A stretch of DNA of 64,000 nt from Takakia lepidozioides (taxonomy: Eukaryota > Plantae > Bryophyta). Of this stretch, positions 28,290-40,114 are shown piece by piece. The translations under genes were made by a program, and so were the position numbers. Where the stretch lies: assembly GCA_030704615.1 (NCBI GenBank), contig CM060732.1, forward strand, positions 17,298,001-17,362,000. Direction: 5' to 3'. The stretch's first letter is position 1; the number at the start of each line of letters is the position of its first letter. Below the pieces are notes generated by a model, which saw nothing but the letters and a program-made list of their open reading frames with translations, was not told the origin of the DNA and made no database searches.

Positions 28290-29716
28290 TAGATGGCTTC
28301 AGTGGGTATAACCAAGTACAAGTAGCTGAAGAGGATCAGGGAAAGACAGCTTTTATTACTGACTGGGGTGCTTATGCATACAAAGTCATGCCTTTTGGAC
28401 TTTGTAATGCACCAGCAACTTTCCAGAGGGTGATAAGTGATACTTTCCATGGGTACTTGGATGATTTTATGCAAGTGTTCTTAGATGACTTCAGTGTTTA
28501 TAGCTCTAAGAACGAGCACTTGCAGAAGTTGGAGTTCTGTTTGGCCAGATGCAGGATGAGAGGTCTTGGGCTGAATCCAGAAAAATGTACTTTTTGTGTG
28601 AACTCATGAGTTCTTTTGGGACATTTTGTGCGTAAAAAAAGACTGCTTGTAGATCCTAGAAAGACAGAGGCTATTAAAGCCTCACCACCACCAAGTAATG
28701 TTAAGGCTCTAAGGAGGTTCCTTGGACAAACCAGTTATTACAGAAGGTTTGTCAGATGATATGTGCAAAAGGCAGCACCATTGAGCAAACTCGTGAAGAA
28801 GGATGCAGTGTTTGCATGGACAACTGAATGTCAATAGGCTTTTGAGGAACTTACATTGTCAGTAACAACTACACCTGTACTGATTAACCCTCATTGGCAT
28901 ATGGTATTTCATGTACACTGTGATGCCTCAGGAGAAGCATTGGGGGCTGTGTTAGCCCAAAATGTCACAGGAAACATAGATTCACATGTGTATTATGCTA
29001 GCAGACTGTTGAATAGTGCTGAAAGGAACTATAGTACCACCGAAAGAGAAGTTTTGGCAATGATTTCAAGAAGTTCAGGCATTATTTGTTGGGAAGGAAG
29101 TTTATGTTTTATGTGGATCATTAGGCTCTGATTTATTTGGTGAACAAGCCTTTGATAAGTGGAAGGATAGCAAGATGGCTGATTATACTTCATGAGTTTG
29201 AATTCGAAGTTGTTTACAAACCTCGACGTTTGCATCTTGTGGCAGATCACTTGTCACGCCTTTCAACAGGAGAGCCCGCCACAGGAGTAGACGATCAACT
29301 GCCTGATGCAAGTTTATTCGCAGTGGAGGTGCAGGGAGCAGATGATTGGTTAGATTGGCAGTGGCCAATCAGATACTACCTTACTCATGGTCAGTGGCCA
29401 CCTAGTTATGGGAAGGAGCAGAGGAAAAGAATAGCTATCAAGGCATTACCATACACTATGATAGGAGGAAGATTGTATAAGCTAAGACCTGATGGAGTTC
29501 TTAAACGATGCTTGTACCACCATGAGGTAAATAAAGTTTTGGAAGAAGTTCATAAAGGAGTGGCTGGAGGCCATTTTGGAGAAGAGACTACCAGTAGGAA
29601 AATATTACTTGCAGGTTACTGGTGGCCTACCTTGTTTAGAGATGTACACAAGTATTGTCAAAGCTGTGATGAGTGCCAGCGGCTAGGACCTTTGCAAAGA
29701 TCTGGGAAGATGGCTT
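28290..29716 (+). pseudogene. Ty3/gypsy pol fragment: RT, RNase H, integrase HHCC zinc finger
   Basis: DGFSGYNQ, MPFGLCNAPATFQR, FLDDFSVYS, FHVHCDASGEALGAVLAQ, AERNYSTTERE, H....GGHFG..YWWPTLFRDVHKYCQSCDECQR; internal stops. Confidence 0.92.
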
Positions 29717-30537
29717 GAGGTTAGTTATTTCATGAGCATGAGCGGCATGAGCGGAGTAGCAAGACTATCGGTTTTCATGAGCAGAAGTACAAATTCCGGA
29801 AATAAAAAACATTAAAAAATATATTTTAATGGAATGTGTCCAAAAAAAAAAAAAAAAACCTATAATATTCAGTTTTTGAAGGAAAAATTGTAGTTTTGAG
29901 AGCTGTGCTCATGATATTTTGTCCTCCGCTCATGCGAACTCCGAGGTACATCTGCAAAAATGGCGCCGAATTTTGCGGTAATAGGTTCCAGAACATGAGA
30001 AAATTGCGACGTATTTCGCAGTAATAGGTGTCTCCGGCGAAAAATGGTGCTGAATTTCGCGGCTATAGGTCCCAGCATGGCAGGTGTGTAAGCCCAAAAT
30101 TTGGAAATGTGGCGCTGAATTTCGGTACAAGGTGCCGGGCATTGCACAAATGTTGGGCAGTTCTGGGCTATGTAACTGGAAATTCGGCACCATTTTTCTA
30201 GACAATGTTGGGACTTAACCAGTTTTCGGCCCAAAATAGAGAAATTCGGCGCCATTTTTCCAAAAATGGCCCCCTCAACTACAACTGTTGGAACTCAGTT
30301 TTCTGGAAGATTTGCAAATTTTTCCTGCCGCCATCTTTGTTTTGATTCTGTTTCGACATTGAATTGCCACTGGACGTCAACGGATATCCAGCAGTCCATA
30401 GTGTTTAAAAGACATCACTTTAATATTGTCTGTCTCATTCCAGGAGTTTTGGGGTGCAATTCATTACACTGCAAAACAAAGTCTAATGCATCAAAATGCA
30501 ATTGCAAATATCCATATGGTGGATTCCCTTTGCCCCA

Positions 30538-31672
30538 TCAATGATTTCTGGAATCCCGACGGAGGAGTTTGTGCAGCTCGTTCACGCTCAATGCCGGTGC
30601 ATGAATAAAGTCATCAATAGTCAAGTTCATCCTCAACCTCTTCAGGTAAATGTAATACAAATGCTTGCACGGATAATACTTTGACCCCTTCTTTGCTTCC
30701 ATCAACGAGAAGTCCGTACAATTGCAAGTCGGCTCCACTCCAATCGTAATTGTGTATACGTCGTCGCGTATAACTGAACCGGCTGTTGCCATCCGATAAA
30801 CACGCCCAAGGCCGGGTGGGGGTACGTCCACGAAGCTCTGAATAGTGCAAGCCATCCCAAGAGCACTGGCAATCCGAGTCTCATTCAACTTGTTGGGAGG
30901 GTGTCGTCTCTTCACTCTTCCGAATCGCATTGTGGGATGTGCAGAATTGTCCAATCCGTCTCTACTGGACTGAGCAGTCTGCAATGGCTGGGTCTGAGGA
31001 ACTGGAAACAAGTGGGCCGGGACGTCTGTGCGTTGCACCATTCGAAATCCTGCTGCAGAAAGAGCATCCGCCTCATTCTGAGATAGGTTGCAACCCGGTG
31101 CAATAGGCCAGACGCCCGGCAAGAATGGATCGAACTGCTGTGTTCGTGCTGGGAATATGACTCCCTCGTCCGCTGATGTCCATTGAGGACTTGCCTGATC
31201 TCCAGGATGATCTCGGGACTTCCATGATCTCGTCGGAGTCGGACAGGTTGTGAACAACCCGGTTCTCGCTCGTCTTCATTGATGGGTTCGGCTCTGGATT
31301 TACTTCGTTGCGGACTTCTCTCTTTGAGGTACCCACTCTCTGATTCGCTGATTGTTTCGTGGAAGGCGGCAGGATAGAGGACGCATTTGGGTTGCAAATG
31401 AAGTCCCCAACAGCCCTGTATATGACGTTGTCCGATGGTGGAACTCGCCATTCCCTGCCGTCGCCGAAATCATCGTGGAGCACAACAATACTTTCGACTA
31501 CAACTCCGTTTGAATCCTTCCTTTCCTCTTCCAAAAATACCGACCCCGGTTTCAGGTGATATCGAACGCAGAGATATTTCTCCATCACCCGGCAGATCTC
31601 CCCTTTGCACGGAAATGTAGCTCTATGCTCATGAGGAGGGCAGTACACTATAGCGCTCGGGTTTTCTGCCAT
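30538..31672 (-). pseudogene. Internally deleted transposase (N-terminal domain joined to the SWIM region)
   Basis: MAENPSAIVYCPPHEHRA.. N-terminus joined at about 31125 to GVWPIAPGCNL..PTCNCTDF..YPCKHLYY; GCM and DDE regions (about 2.4 kb in the 51821-55369 copy) are absent. Confidence 0.8.
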
Positions 31673-32084
31673 GGGAGTTGTGCACACAAGACTGCCAGGA
31701 CGGCGTTCGGACAAGCGCCCTGGGAGAAGGGGGGATGCAGCGAGGGGAAGGAATGCAGGGCCGATTTTTGCAAGCGACGAAGCCTATTCACGAATCCGGG
31801 GAGCCCACTCTCCCGAAATTCCACTGTCAGAGAGTTAATGAACCTTGTTTGCGGAATGCGGCCCCTGGCCTTTGCGCAATAACTGCCAACGGTATGCAGT
31901 CAGAAGGTATATGACCTGTGCAGATGCGCTACGCAAACCAATCATTACGGCGTCTGACAAGAAGCGTGGGGGTGCGAGCGTGCAAGCACCTTCCCCATGG
32001 ACAGAGGGAACTGACAGAGGTGGCATTCCAGTGGGTCTGGTTACAAGATTGAGTGCCAGAACCTCGCCTCCAAAAGTAAACATA

Positions 32085-34570
32085 CAACAGCGGCGCCGAA
32101 TTTGCATCCGAGGCCGATCGGACGATTTCGTCTCCAGGGTGAGTCGGTCACCTGGCCGACAGAGAACATCACCCGGATGGAAAAACGGCGCCGAATTTCC
32201 ATCCGAGGCCCGTTGGATGAAGTCGTTTCGGGGGGAGAGGCCGACACCTGGCCGACAGAGAACATCCCCCGGATGGAAAAACGGTGCCGAATTTCCATCG
32301 GAGGCCGGCCGGATGAAGTCGTTTCGGGGGGAGAGGCCAACAATTGCTCGACAAAGAACATCTCCCGGATGGAAAAACGGCGCCGATCGGAGGCCGACAC
32401 CTGCTCGGCAGAGAACATCCCCCGGATGGAAATTCGGCGCCGGATGTCCATCTGCCCGCGCTTTGACTTACCTGTAGGATGCAAATTCGGCGCCGAATTT
32501 CCATCCGCCCGCGCTCCGACTTACCTGGCAGATGGAAATTGTGATGGAAAAACTCCGTCGATTTTCCATCCGGGGCCGGTCGGATGCAGTCGGCTCGAGG
32601 GGAGAGGCCGTCATCTAGCCGTCAGAGAACATCCCCCGGATGGAAATTCGGCGCCGAATTTCCATCCGGGGCCCCCCAAAGGAACTCGTGAGGCCAACAA
32701 CTGGCCGACAAAAAACCTCCCCGGATGGAAAAACGGCGCCGAATTTCCATCCGAGGCCGCCCTTAGGAAGTCGTCTCGGGGAGAGAGGCCGGCACCTGGC
32801 CGATAGAGAACATCCCCAGCATGGAAATTCGGCGCCGGTTTTCCATCCTGCAGGGCACCAGTTTACTTGCAAGATGGAAATTCGGCGCGGAATTTCCATC
32901 CTGCGGGTAAGCGATATCGCAGCCCTATGCAAAACCGGCGCCGAATTCCAACCTTGCAAGTAAACTGGTGCCCTGCAGGATGGAAAACCGGCGCCGAATT
33001 TCCATTCGGCATGTAATCGGGAACGCGGCCGGATGGAAATTCGGCAACGAATTTCCATGTAGGAAGTAAGCGGGACGGAAAAGAGGCAAGGAATTTATCT
33101 GTAGCAGACAAGAATTCCTTGAAAAACGTGGCTAAAAGTGGAGTTCAGCCACAAAACTAGAGGTTTTGTGTCTGATTAGACCCAAAAACGCGTAAAACTG
33201 CATGCAAGGACAGAAAATTGTTTCTAAACGGGCCCCAAACGCAAACATCTGGCCGGCGTCGGATGGAAATTCGGTGCCAAATTTCCATCCGGTGGATGTT
33301 CTCTGTCGGCCCGCTGCCGGCCTCTTCCCCCGAGCCGACTTCATCCGACCGGCCCCGGGCGCCGAATTTCCATCCGGGGATGTTTTCTGTCGGCCAGGTG
33401 TCGGCCTCACCCCCCGAGACGACTTCCTGCGGGGGGCCCCGGATGGAAATTTGACGCTGAATTTCCATCCGGGGGATGGTCTCTGTCCGCCCGGTGCCGG
33501 CTTCTCCCCTTCAGCCGACTTCATCCGGGCGGCACCGCATGGAAATTCGGCGCCGAATTTCCATCCGGTGGCTGATCTCTGTCGGCGATGTGTCCGCCTG
33601 TGGGGGCTCCGGAGGGAAATTTGGCGCCGAATTTCCATCCGGGGGATGGTCTCTGTCCGCCCGGTGCCGACTTCTCCCCTTCAGCCGACTTCATCCGGGC
33701 GGCACCGCATGGAAATTCGACGCCCAATTTCCATCCGGTGGCTGATCTCTGTCGGCGACGTGTCTGCCTGCGGGGGCCTTGGATGGAAATTTGGCGCCCA
33801 ATTTCCATCCCGGGGATGGTCTCTGTCCGCCCGGTGCCGGCTTCTCCCCTTCAGCCGACTTAATCCGGGCGGCACCGAATGGAAATTCGGCGCCGAATTT
33901 CCATCTGGTGGCTGATCTCTGTCGGCGACGTGTCCGCCTGCGGGGGGGCCCCGGATGGAAATTCGGCGCCGAATTTCCATCCGGGGGATGGTCTCTGTCC
34001 GCCCGGTGCCGGCTTCTCCCCTTCAGCCGACTTCATCCGGGCGGCGCCGAATTTCCATCCGGTGGCTGATCTCTGTCGGCGACGTGTCCGCCTGCGGGGG
34101 CCCCTGATGGAAATTCGGCGCCAAATTTCCATCCGGGGGATGGTCTCTGTCCGCCCGGTGCCGGCTTCTCCCCTTCAGCCGACTTCATCCGGGCGGCACC
34201 GCATGGAAATTCGGAGCCGAATTTCCATCCGGTGGCTGATCTCTGTCGGCGACGTGTCCGCCTGCGGGGGGCGTCGGATGGAAATTCGGCACCGAATTTC
34301 CATCCGATGGATGTACTCTGTCGGCCAGGTGCCGGCCTCTCCCCCCGACACGCCTAGTGACGGCGGCCTCGGATGGAAATTCGGCGCCGAATTTCCATCC
34401 GGGGATGTTTTCTGTCAGCCAGGTGTCGGCCTCTCCCCCCGAGACGACCTCCTGCCGGCGTCATCGGATGGAAATTCCGTCCACAACGTCTCGGCCGGAG
34501 AGATGGCCACGTTGCATCCTACTTGATCCGCTGGATGGAAATTCGGCGCCGTTTTTCCATCCATTGGGCT
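32085..34570. repeat. Palindrome arrays GGAAATTCGGCGCCGAATTTCC, two blocks in opposite orientation
   Basis: Core spacings 95-96 and 53 bp in the left block; 74/96 bp (170-bp unit) in the right block. Confidence 0.9.
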
Positions 34571-34808
34571 AATAATTTCTATGTGGGAGGGTGGGCGACT
34601 TGGGGCCTATGGCCGACCTCCATACTCCTCCATTTAACAGCGCAGTTGCGCATTTAATGTCCGCCGTCAGTTTTCAACCGGACTGTCCGCACTGATTCCG
34701 TGCTTCCGCCGTCGGATACCCCAAACCCTGATGTGGCGGGTGGATGAAGTTCCACTCGATGCCAATACGCACGCATTTTCCGTGCGATATTTTCTTTTGC
34801 AGGGACTT

Positions 34809-37800
34809 ATGCCGCGTGGAGAAGGGCGTGGCTCTCCTGAGAGAAACCCCACATGCAGACCGCGCCGCAAACTGAAGCCTTTGTACTACGGGCGGCGTCC
34901 AGCGTCTCGCATGGCCAAACTGAAGCTCCAGCAGGAGATCCCCTTGTCTTGCTCGCAGCCCGCACCAACTAAAGCCGAGCACTCTCAGACAAGCCCCTTC
35001 CTCTTTCCATTTCTGTAACATGTGCGGTCTTCTCCGCTTTGTTTTTTTGTTTTGGCATCTTCGGCCTGGCATCCTTGGAAGTGGAAGTGGAAGAGGACGT
35101 TCATGATTGCATGGAGTTGGTGAGAAGAATGATGAAGGGGAGAGGGGTTAGAAAGGAGCCAGGTCGTTGCTGCATTGAGATTTGCAACAGGATGTACACC
35201 TTCGCAGTACATGACAAGTTGCATCTTAGAATGAAGGAAATCCATGCTGGGCTGAGAAGATTGTCTAGGCATATCAAGTGCCTTGAAAAGCCTGTTTTCC
35301 CCTTTTGTGAAATCGTCCTTACTAGTTGAGTGAACCATTGATAGTTTGCAATGCGTGTGATTGTTAGGCTGCTTCGGCATGTGATTGTTAGGCATTCATT
35401 GGGTTTGTTTTCATTTTTGGTCCACGATTGTTGCGATGGTGGTTTAGGTTGCCATGGTGGTTCTGATGATTGTTGGGGATGACAGAGTGAAGACGAGCGT
35501 GACACACTGGTGGTATCATCGACAGCTCCAACTGCTCGAGTAGTCACTCCAAAAGCAGCTAGTGGGCAGTAGTCGTCGAAGGTAGTGCTTCGCATGTTTG
35601 GATCAGCCAACTTGGGGCGGGAAGGCAAACATAATATTGCTTCTTTAGTTGGTATTCCGGAGGTTGGTGCAGGCGGCATGGCAGGTGAAGCCCGTCAGAT
35701 GAGGACACCAGATCCGTTATTGGAGGAAGCTCATGCACATGCAGTAGGGCCCGCCCACGCAAAGAAGAAGAAGAAAGCCAAGCAGATGCAATCCCCGGTG
35801 AGAGAGCATTCACAGGCTACGGAGGGGGGAGGGACCAGGTCGTCCAAGGGTGTCCGATCGCCTCAATCAAAGGTGGTTGATCTGGAGGCCTCCTCTGCTG
35901 CTACCCCTAGTAAGAAACAGAAGGCCCGTGAAAGGGCAAAAGAGAGGGCAAAAGAACAGGCGAGACACAAGGCTAGCCAGGAGGCAAGAGAAAAGGCCAC
36001 TGATGAGGCCAGGGGTGACGACATGACACCTCTCGTAAGCAAGGGTCGCACAGAGAAGCTGGATCCCTCCAACACACCAAAAAAAGGCAGTAGCGCACCG
36101 GCTGCATCCTTACCGGTGACACCATCGCGGGTGGGAGAAGCCCACGCAGTCACCCATACAGTGGAGACTGGAGGAGGGGAAAGAACACCACAAAGAGCCC
36201 GGATTGTGGGAGTTCAAGGTGAAGCCGCAGAGAGGGCAGTAGAGACGGGGAGAGTGGTGGAGGTGCATCCGCCGGTGGTTGACCATGTTGAGGAGGACGA
36301 CAGGGAGCTTTCTGACCAGGATGACATCCTCCCGGAAATCCCCAGGCCCCAAACCCGCACCATACATGCTGGATTTGGCGGTCTTGGTGGCCTGCCGGAG
36401 AACCCCTCTGCAGCAGACGTCATGTCGGAGGCGGATATGAAGTTGGCCGCTGCCAAGATATTGGAGGCAACCCACAGCAACATTGGCAGGGTGCTGGGGG
36501 GCATGGTGTACCCGGCCAAGCTTTGAATTCCCCTTTGCCGCTTGGTGTCATTGCAGGTGGTGAGACCTGCCCTCCCAGGCGATATCGACAAGCTGAAATT
36601 CTCTTTCCGGGAGGGATATCGAATGGGGTCTGCCGCGTTTTACGTTTCCATTGAGAATGACCACGGAGCTTCCCGTGCCCACACTTCCGATGAGGTGGAC
36701 AAATGGGGTCCCCATTGGCAAAGGCAAAATGAGGAGTTCGAGAGATCGATTGCTACTGATCCTCTTTTCCAGCACTTGTCCGGAAAGATGTTTTACGTGT
36801 GGGACGGCAATCATCGCCTCCTGGCATGGATGGAGTACATAGCCGAAGCCCACCCCAATGACCTGGATTGGCATTTCGCCGTGGAGTGTGTTGTGCTGAA
36901 GGTTGCGGGGCCCAAAGATCGTAGTCTTCTCAAAGCTGCAATGGCGGACATCAACTCGTAAGTTACAACGCCTCTTGCTTTTGGACTTTCAATTTGTAAG
37001 TCATTTCATTGCGAATCCTCATATATGTTGCAAATTCCCATTTCAATATTGTTTGATGGGAATGTGGCATTGTAGGGTGACTGAGAATGCCTTCATTGCC
37101 ACCAACTTGTCCCATATGCTCTTCCGAGTGAAGGACGTCGGGAAGCAGGGGGTGCAAGAGTTTGCCAATTCGCTGAGTGTCGACCTCCTGCGCAAGTCGG
37201 AGGCAAAGGCAGACAGAACCTGGTATAGGCTAAGCGTGGACGCCATGGTGGACTACATGTTTCGGGTAAAGCTCTTACTGTTTTGTTTAGCTAATGTCTC
37301 TAGTCCCCCAAAAGAAAAAAAAAGTGTTGACCGGGATTTCTAATCTTATGTGCGCATTCTTGACAGACAAAAATTCAGCATGATTTGGCACATGCGTACA
37401 TGGAGTCAGAGGAGAAGAAACTAACCCTCCCGGCACTGGAATCGTATCTCAAAGCTGCGGAGGCGAAGGCCCGCATAAAGTACAAGTCGCGGATGGTAAA
37501 GTACGTGGCCATAGCTGATCCCGCCCTTGGTGCCGACTTTCTGGTGGAGGTGGGGAAGCACTACTCCCGCGCTCTGAAGCCCACGATGACATTGGAGAAG
37601 CTCCATCGTCTAGCCACATCCTGTGTGGATGCAACAGAAAAGGTGATACATTCTTAACCAAATTGTTGTGGCAACAACTCGTTTTTGGTTTGTATGGTGC
37701 TTACTAATATGTTGGGTGGTTGGACAGACCCGGTGACTCCAAATCTGGAATGGTTCCCAAAGTACAAGGGACTGTGGAGCTTCCCCAAACCCGAGAAACT

Positions 37801-38163
37801 GTCTGACCCCACATTCGACATGTGGATGAACCGCATGACATGGTGGTTTCAGGTACTTCCCCACGCTTCATTTGGCGCTTCTACTCTTGTAGGGGGTGGA
37901 TTTATTGTATTTTTTGAGAAAAGCGATCTGATGGAGAATCTGCACAGGTGACAACGAATGCGCAAGAGCAGCTGGACACACAAGCACATCAGTTCAAGCT
38001 GGAGATTTCTGGTGCAGCAGAGAGCCTACGTGACTATGTGACGAGGTACTTTCTGCTGTACAAAACCGACCTATTCTTTCGGGAGATACCCCATGCCCGC
38101 CGGAGCCACGAGTTCACCGACCAGCCAAACGCGGACAAAGCAGCAATGCGCCTTCTGTACAGG
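34809..38163 (+). pseudogene. ParB/Srx-domain cargo gene, subfamily 1, 5' exons; premature stop at 36524
   Basis: KMFYVWDGNHRLLAW motif; near-identical to 59970-63152; CGA to TGA change at 36524; shared GT-AG introns. Confidence 0.8.
35075..35285 (+). pseudogene. PPR E/E+ domain fragment inserted in intron 1 of the ParB gene
   Basis: VRRMMKGRGVRKEPGRCCIEICNRMYTFAVHDKLHLRMKEIHAGLRRL; absent from the equivalent intron at about 60230. Confidence 0.75.
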
Positions 38164-38257
38164 TACATACGCAATGCCTTCCTTTCAAGTCCTTACATTT
38201 CAGGATGTTAGAGGCATCATCTGGCGCATGAAAATTACTTGTGAAGAAGTCATTGGA

Positions 38258-38990
38258 TAAATGGCGCCGAATTTACAGTTAAGGGCTCCCAAAATGGCCA
38301 AGTCCCTAGGGTGGCTGGCACCGAAAACCGAAATTCGGTGCCATTTTTCCAGTTGCAAACCCAGTTAGTTCTGGGACTTGGCCATTTTGGGAGCCCTGAA
38401 CTTGAAATTCAGCGCCATTTTCCAAATTCCAGGACCAAAATGGCCAAGTCCCTAGGGTGGCTGGCACCGAAAACCGAAATTCGGCGCCATTTTTCCAATT
38501 GCAGGCCCAGTCAGTTCTGGGACAGCCATTTCCGGGCCGGACCTGGGAAAATGGCGCCAAATTTCCAATTCAGGGCTCCCAAAATGGCTAAGTCCCTAGG
38601 GTGGCTGGCACCGAAAGCTGAAATTCGGCGCCATTTTTCCAGTTCCAGGCCCAGGCAGTTCTGGGACTTAGCCATTTCCGGCCCGGACCTGGGAAAATGG
38701 CGCCGAATTTCCAGTTCAGGGCTCCCAAAATGGCTAAGTCCCTAGGGTGGCTGGCACCGAAAGCCGAAATTTGGCGCCATTTTTCCAGTTCCAGGCCCAG
38801 TCAGTTCTGGGACTTAGCCATTTTCGGCCCGGACCTGGGAAAATGGCGCCGAATTTCCAGTTCATGCTCCCAAAATGGCTAAGACCCTAGGGCGGCTGGC
38901 ACCGAAAACCGAGATTCGGCGCCATTTTTCCGGTTCTAGGCCGAGTCAGTTCCACCCCAACCTTGGAAAATGGTGCCGAATTTCCAGTTC
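38258..38990. repeat. Intronic array of imperfect palindromes GAAAATGGCGCCGAATTTC, alternating orientation, about 146-bp unit
   Basis: Core spacings 70-74 bp. Confidence 0.9.
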
Positions 38991-39702
38991 AGGGACTGTT
39001 TGACGAAGAAACAGGTGGAAACTCGAAGATGACATTGCCATCGACTTCGGGAGGCAGAAACGTTACCTTTCTGACTGGGAATTTGGCATAGTCGAGAGCA
39101 GCCAGCTCGGAGCGAGAACCATCGAGGTGATGTTGTCGTAGGAGCTGCACAATGGACCGGGTTGGAGTTATGCTCGAGGGCACATGCGTAGCACCTACAG
39201 AGACGTCCATGCCGGATTTGAACGACCGTGTGGAGGACATGGGTACCTCAATGCAATCATCTTCCTCGTCGGAAATCTCGAATACGTCCACACGAGAAGC
39301 TATGGAGGGTCTTGACGGTCCAGGTCGGGAATGATTATCGTTGCATACCTCTCTGTTGGCAGTGGCCGCCTCTTGGTTTCCGGACTCCTTTGTGGATGGT
39401 GTGGGCAGCGACTGATTCGGAAAGGGAATGGGCATTCCCACAGCTCGGTACAGGATGGTGTCTGATGGGGGAACATGCCATTTGATTCCGCAACCTCCGT
39501 CGTTACCTAGCACGACAATGGTCTCGTCAACCTGTCCAGGAACATCCTTCCTTTCTTCTTCCAAATAAATTGTGCCCGGTTTGAGCTTGAATTTGGAACA
39601 AAGGTAAGTTTCAGTCACTCTGCAAAGTCCTCCCTCGTTTGGGATCCAGGCTCTCCCAAGTTGCGAAGGACAACAAACTATAGCGTAGGAATTCGGAGCC
39701 AT
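38991..39702 (-). pseudogene. Transposase 5' fragment, subfamily 2
   Basis: MAPNSYAIVCCP..YLCSKFKLKPGTIYLEEERKD..WHVPPSDTILYRAVG aligns with the N-termini at 31672 and 55369; truncated just before the GCM-like domain. Confidence 0.75.
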
Positions 39703-40114
39703 AGAACACCGCACGAAGTTGGCAAGTGCGAGGTTCAGTATAGCGACAGACCAAGGCTCACAGGCACCATGCGGAGTCCATCGACAATTGGAAGTCGCAC
39801 ATTGAAGTGGAAAGTATTGTTTCAAGCTACATGCATGAAGGTGGGAGGTTTGATTCCATAGCCAGTAAGTATGACAATGATGGCCGATTCGGCGACGAAA
39901 TAACATCTCCTGACAGTTTCTCCTGAGGGTGGATCCAGCAGTATTCTCGGTGCAGACAGGAACGTTCGCACTGACAAGTGCCAGTACTGTTACTTAAAAC
40001 GGTCAGACAACCAAGTTGTGCTCATCAAGACTCGCCGCAATTGTGTTGTTTCGGAACAATGCAACCCATTGAGGTTCCAGATTTCCCGTCCCGAGTGATT
40101 CTTTCGATTGCTGG

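Larger units (their letters stand above)
29717..38990. mobile_element. Large MULE-like element, subfamily 1, left part (terminus, deleted transposase, arrays, ParB gene 5' part)
   Basis: Begins GAGGTTAGTTATTTCATGAGCATGAGCGG, interrupting gypsy pol; colinear with the copy starting at 51045. Confidence 0.75.
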
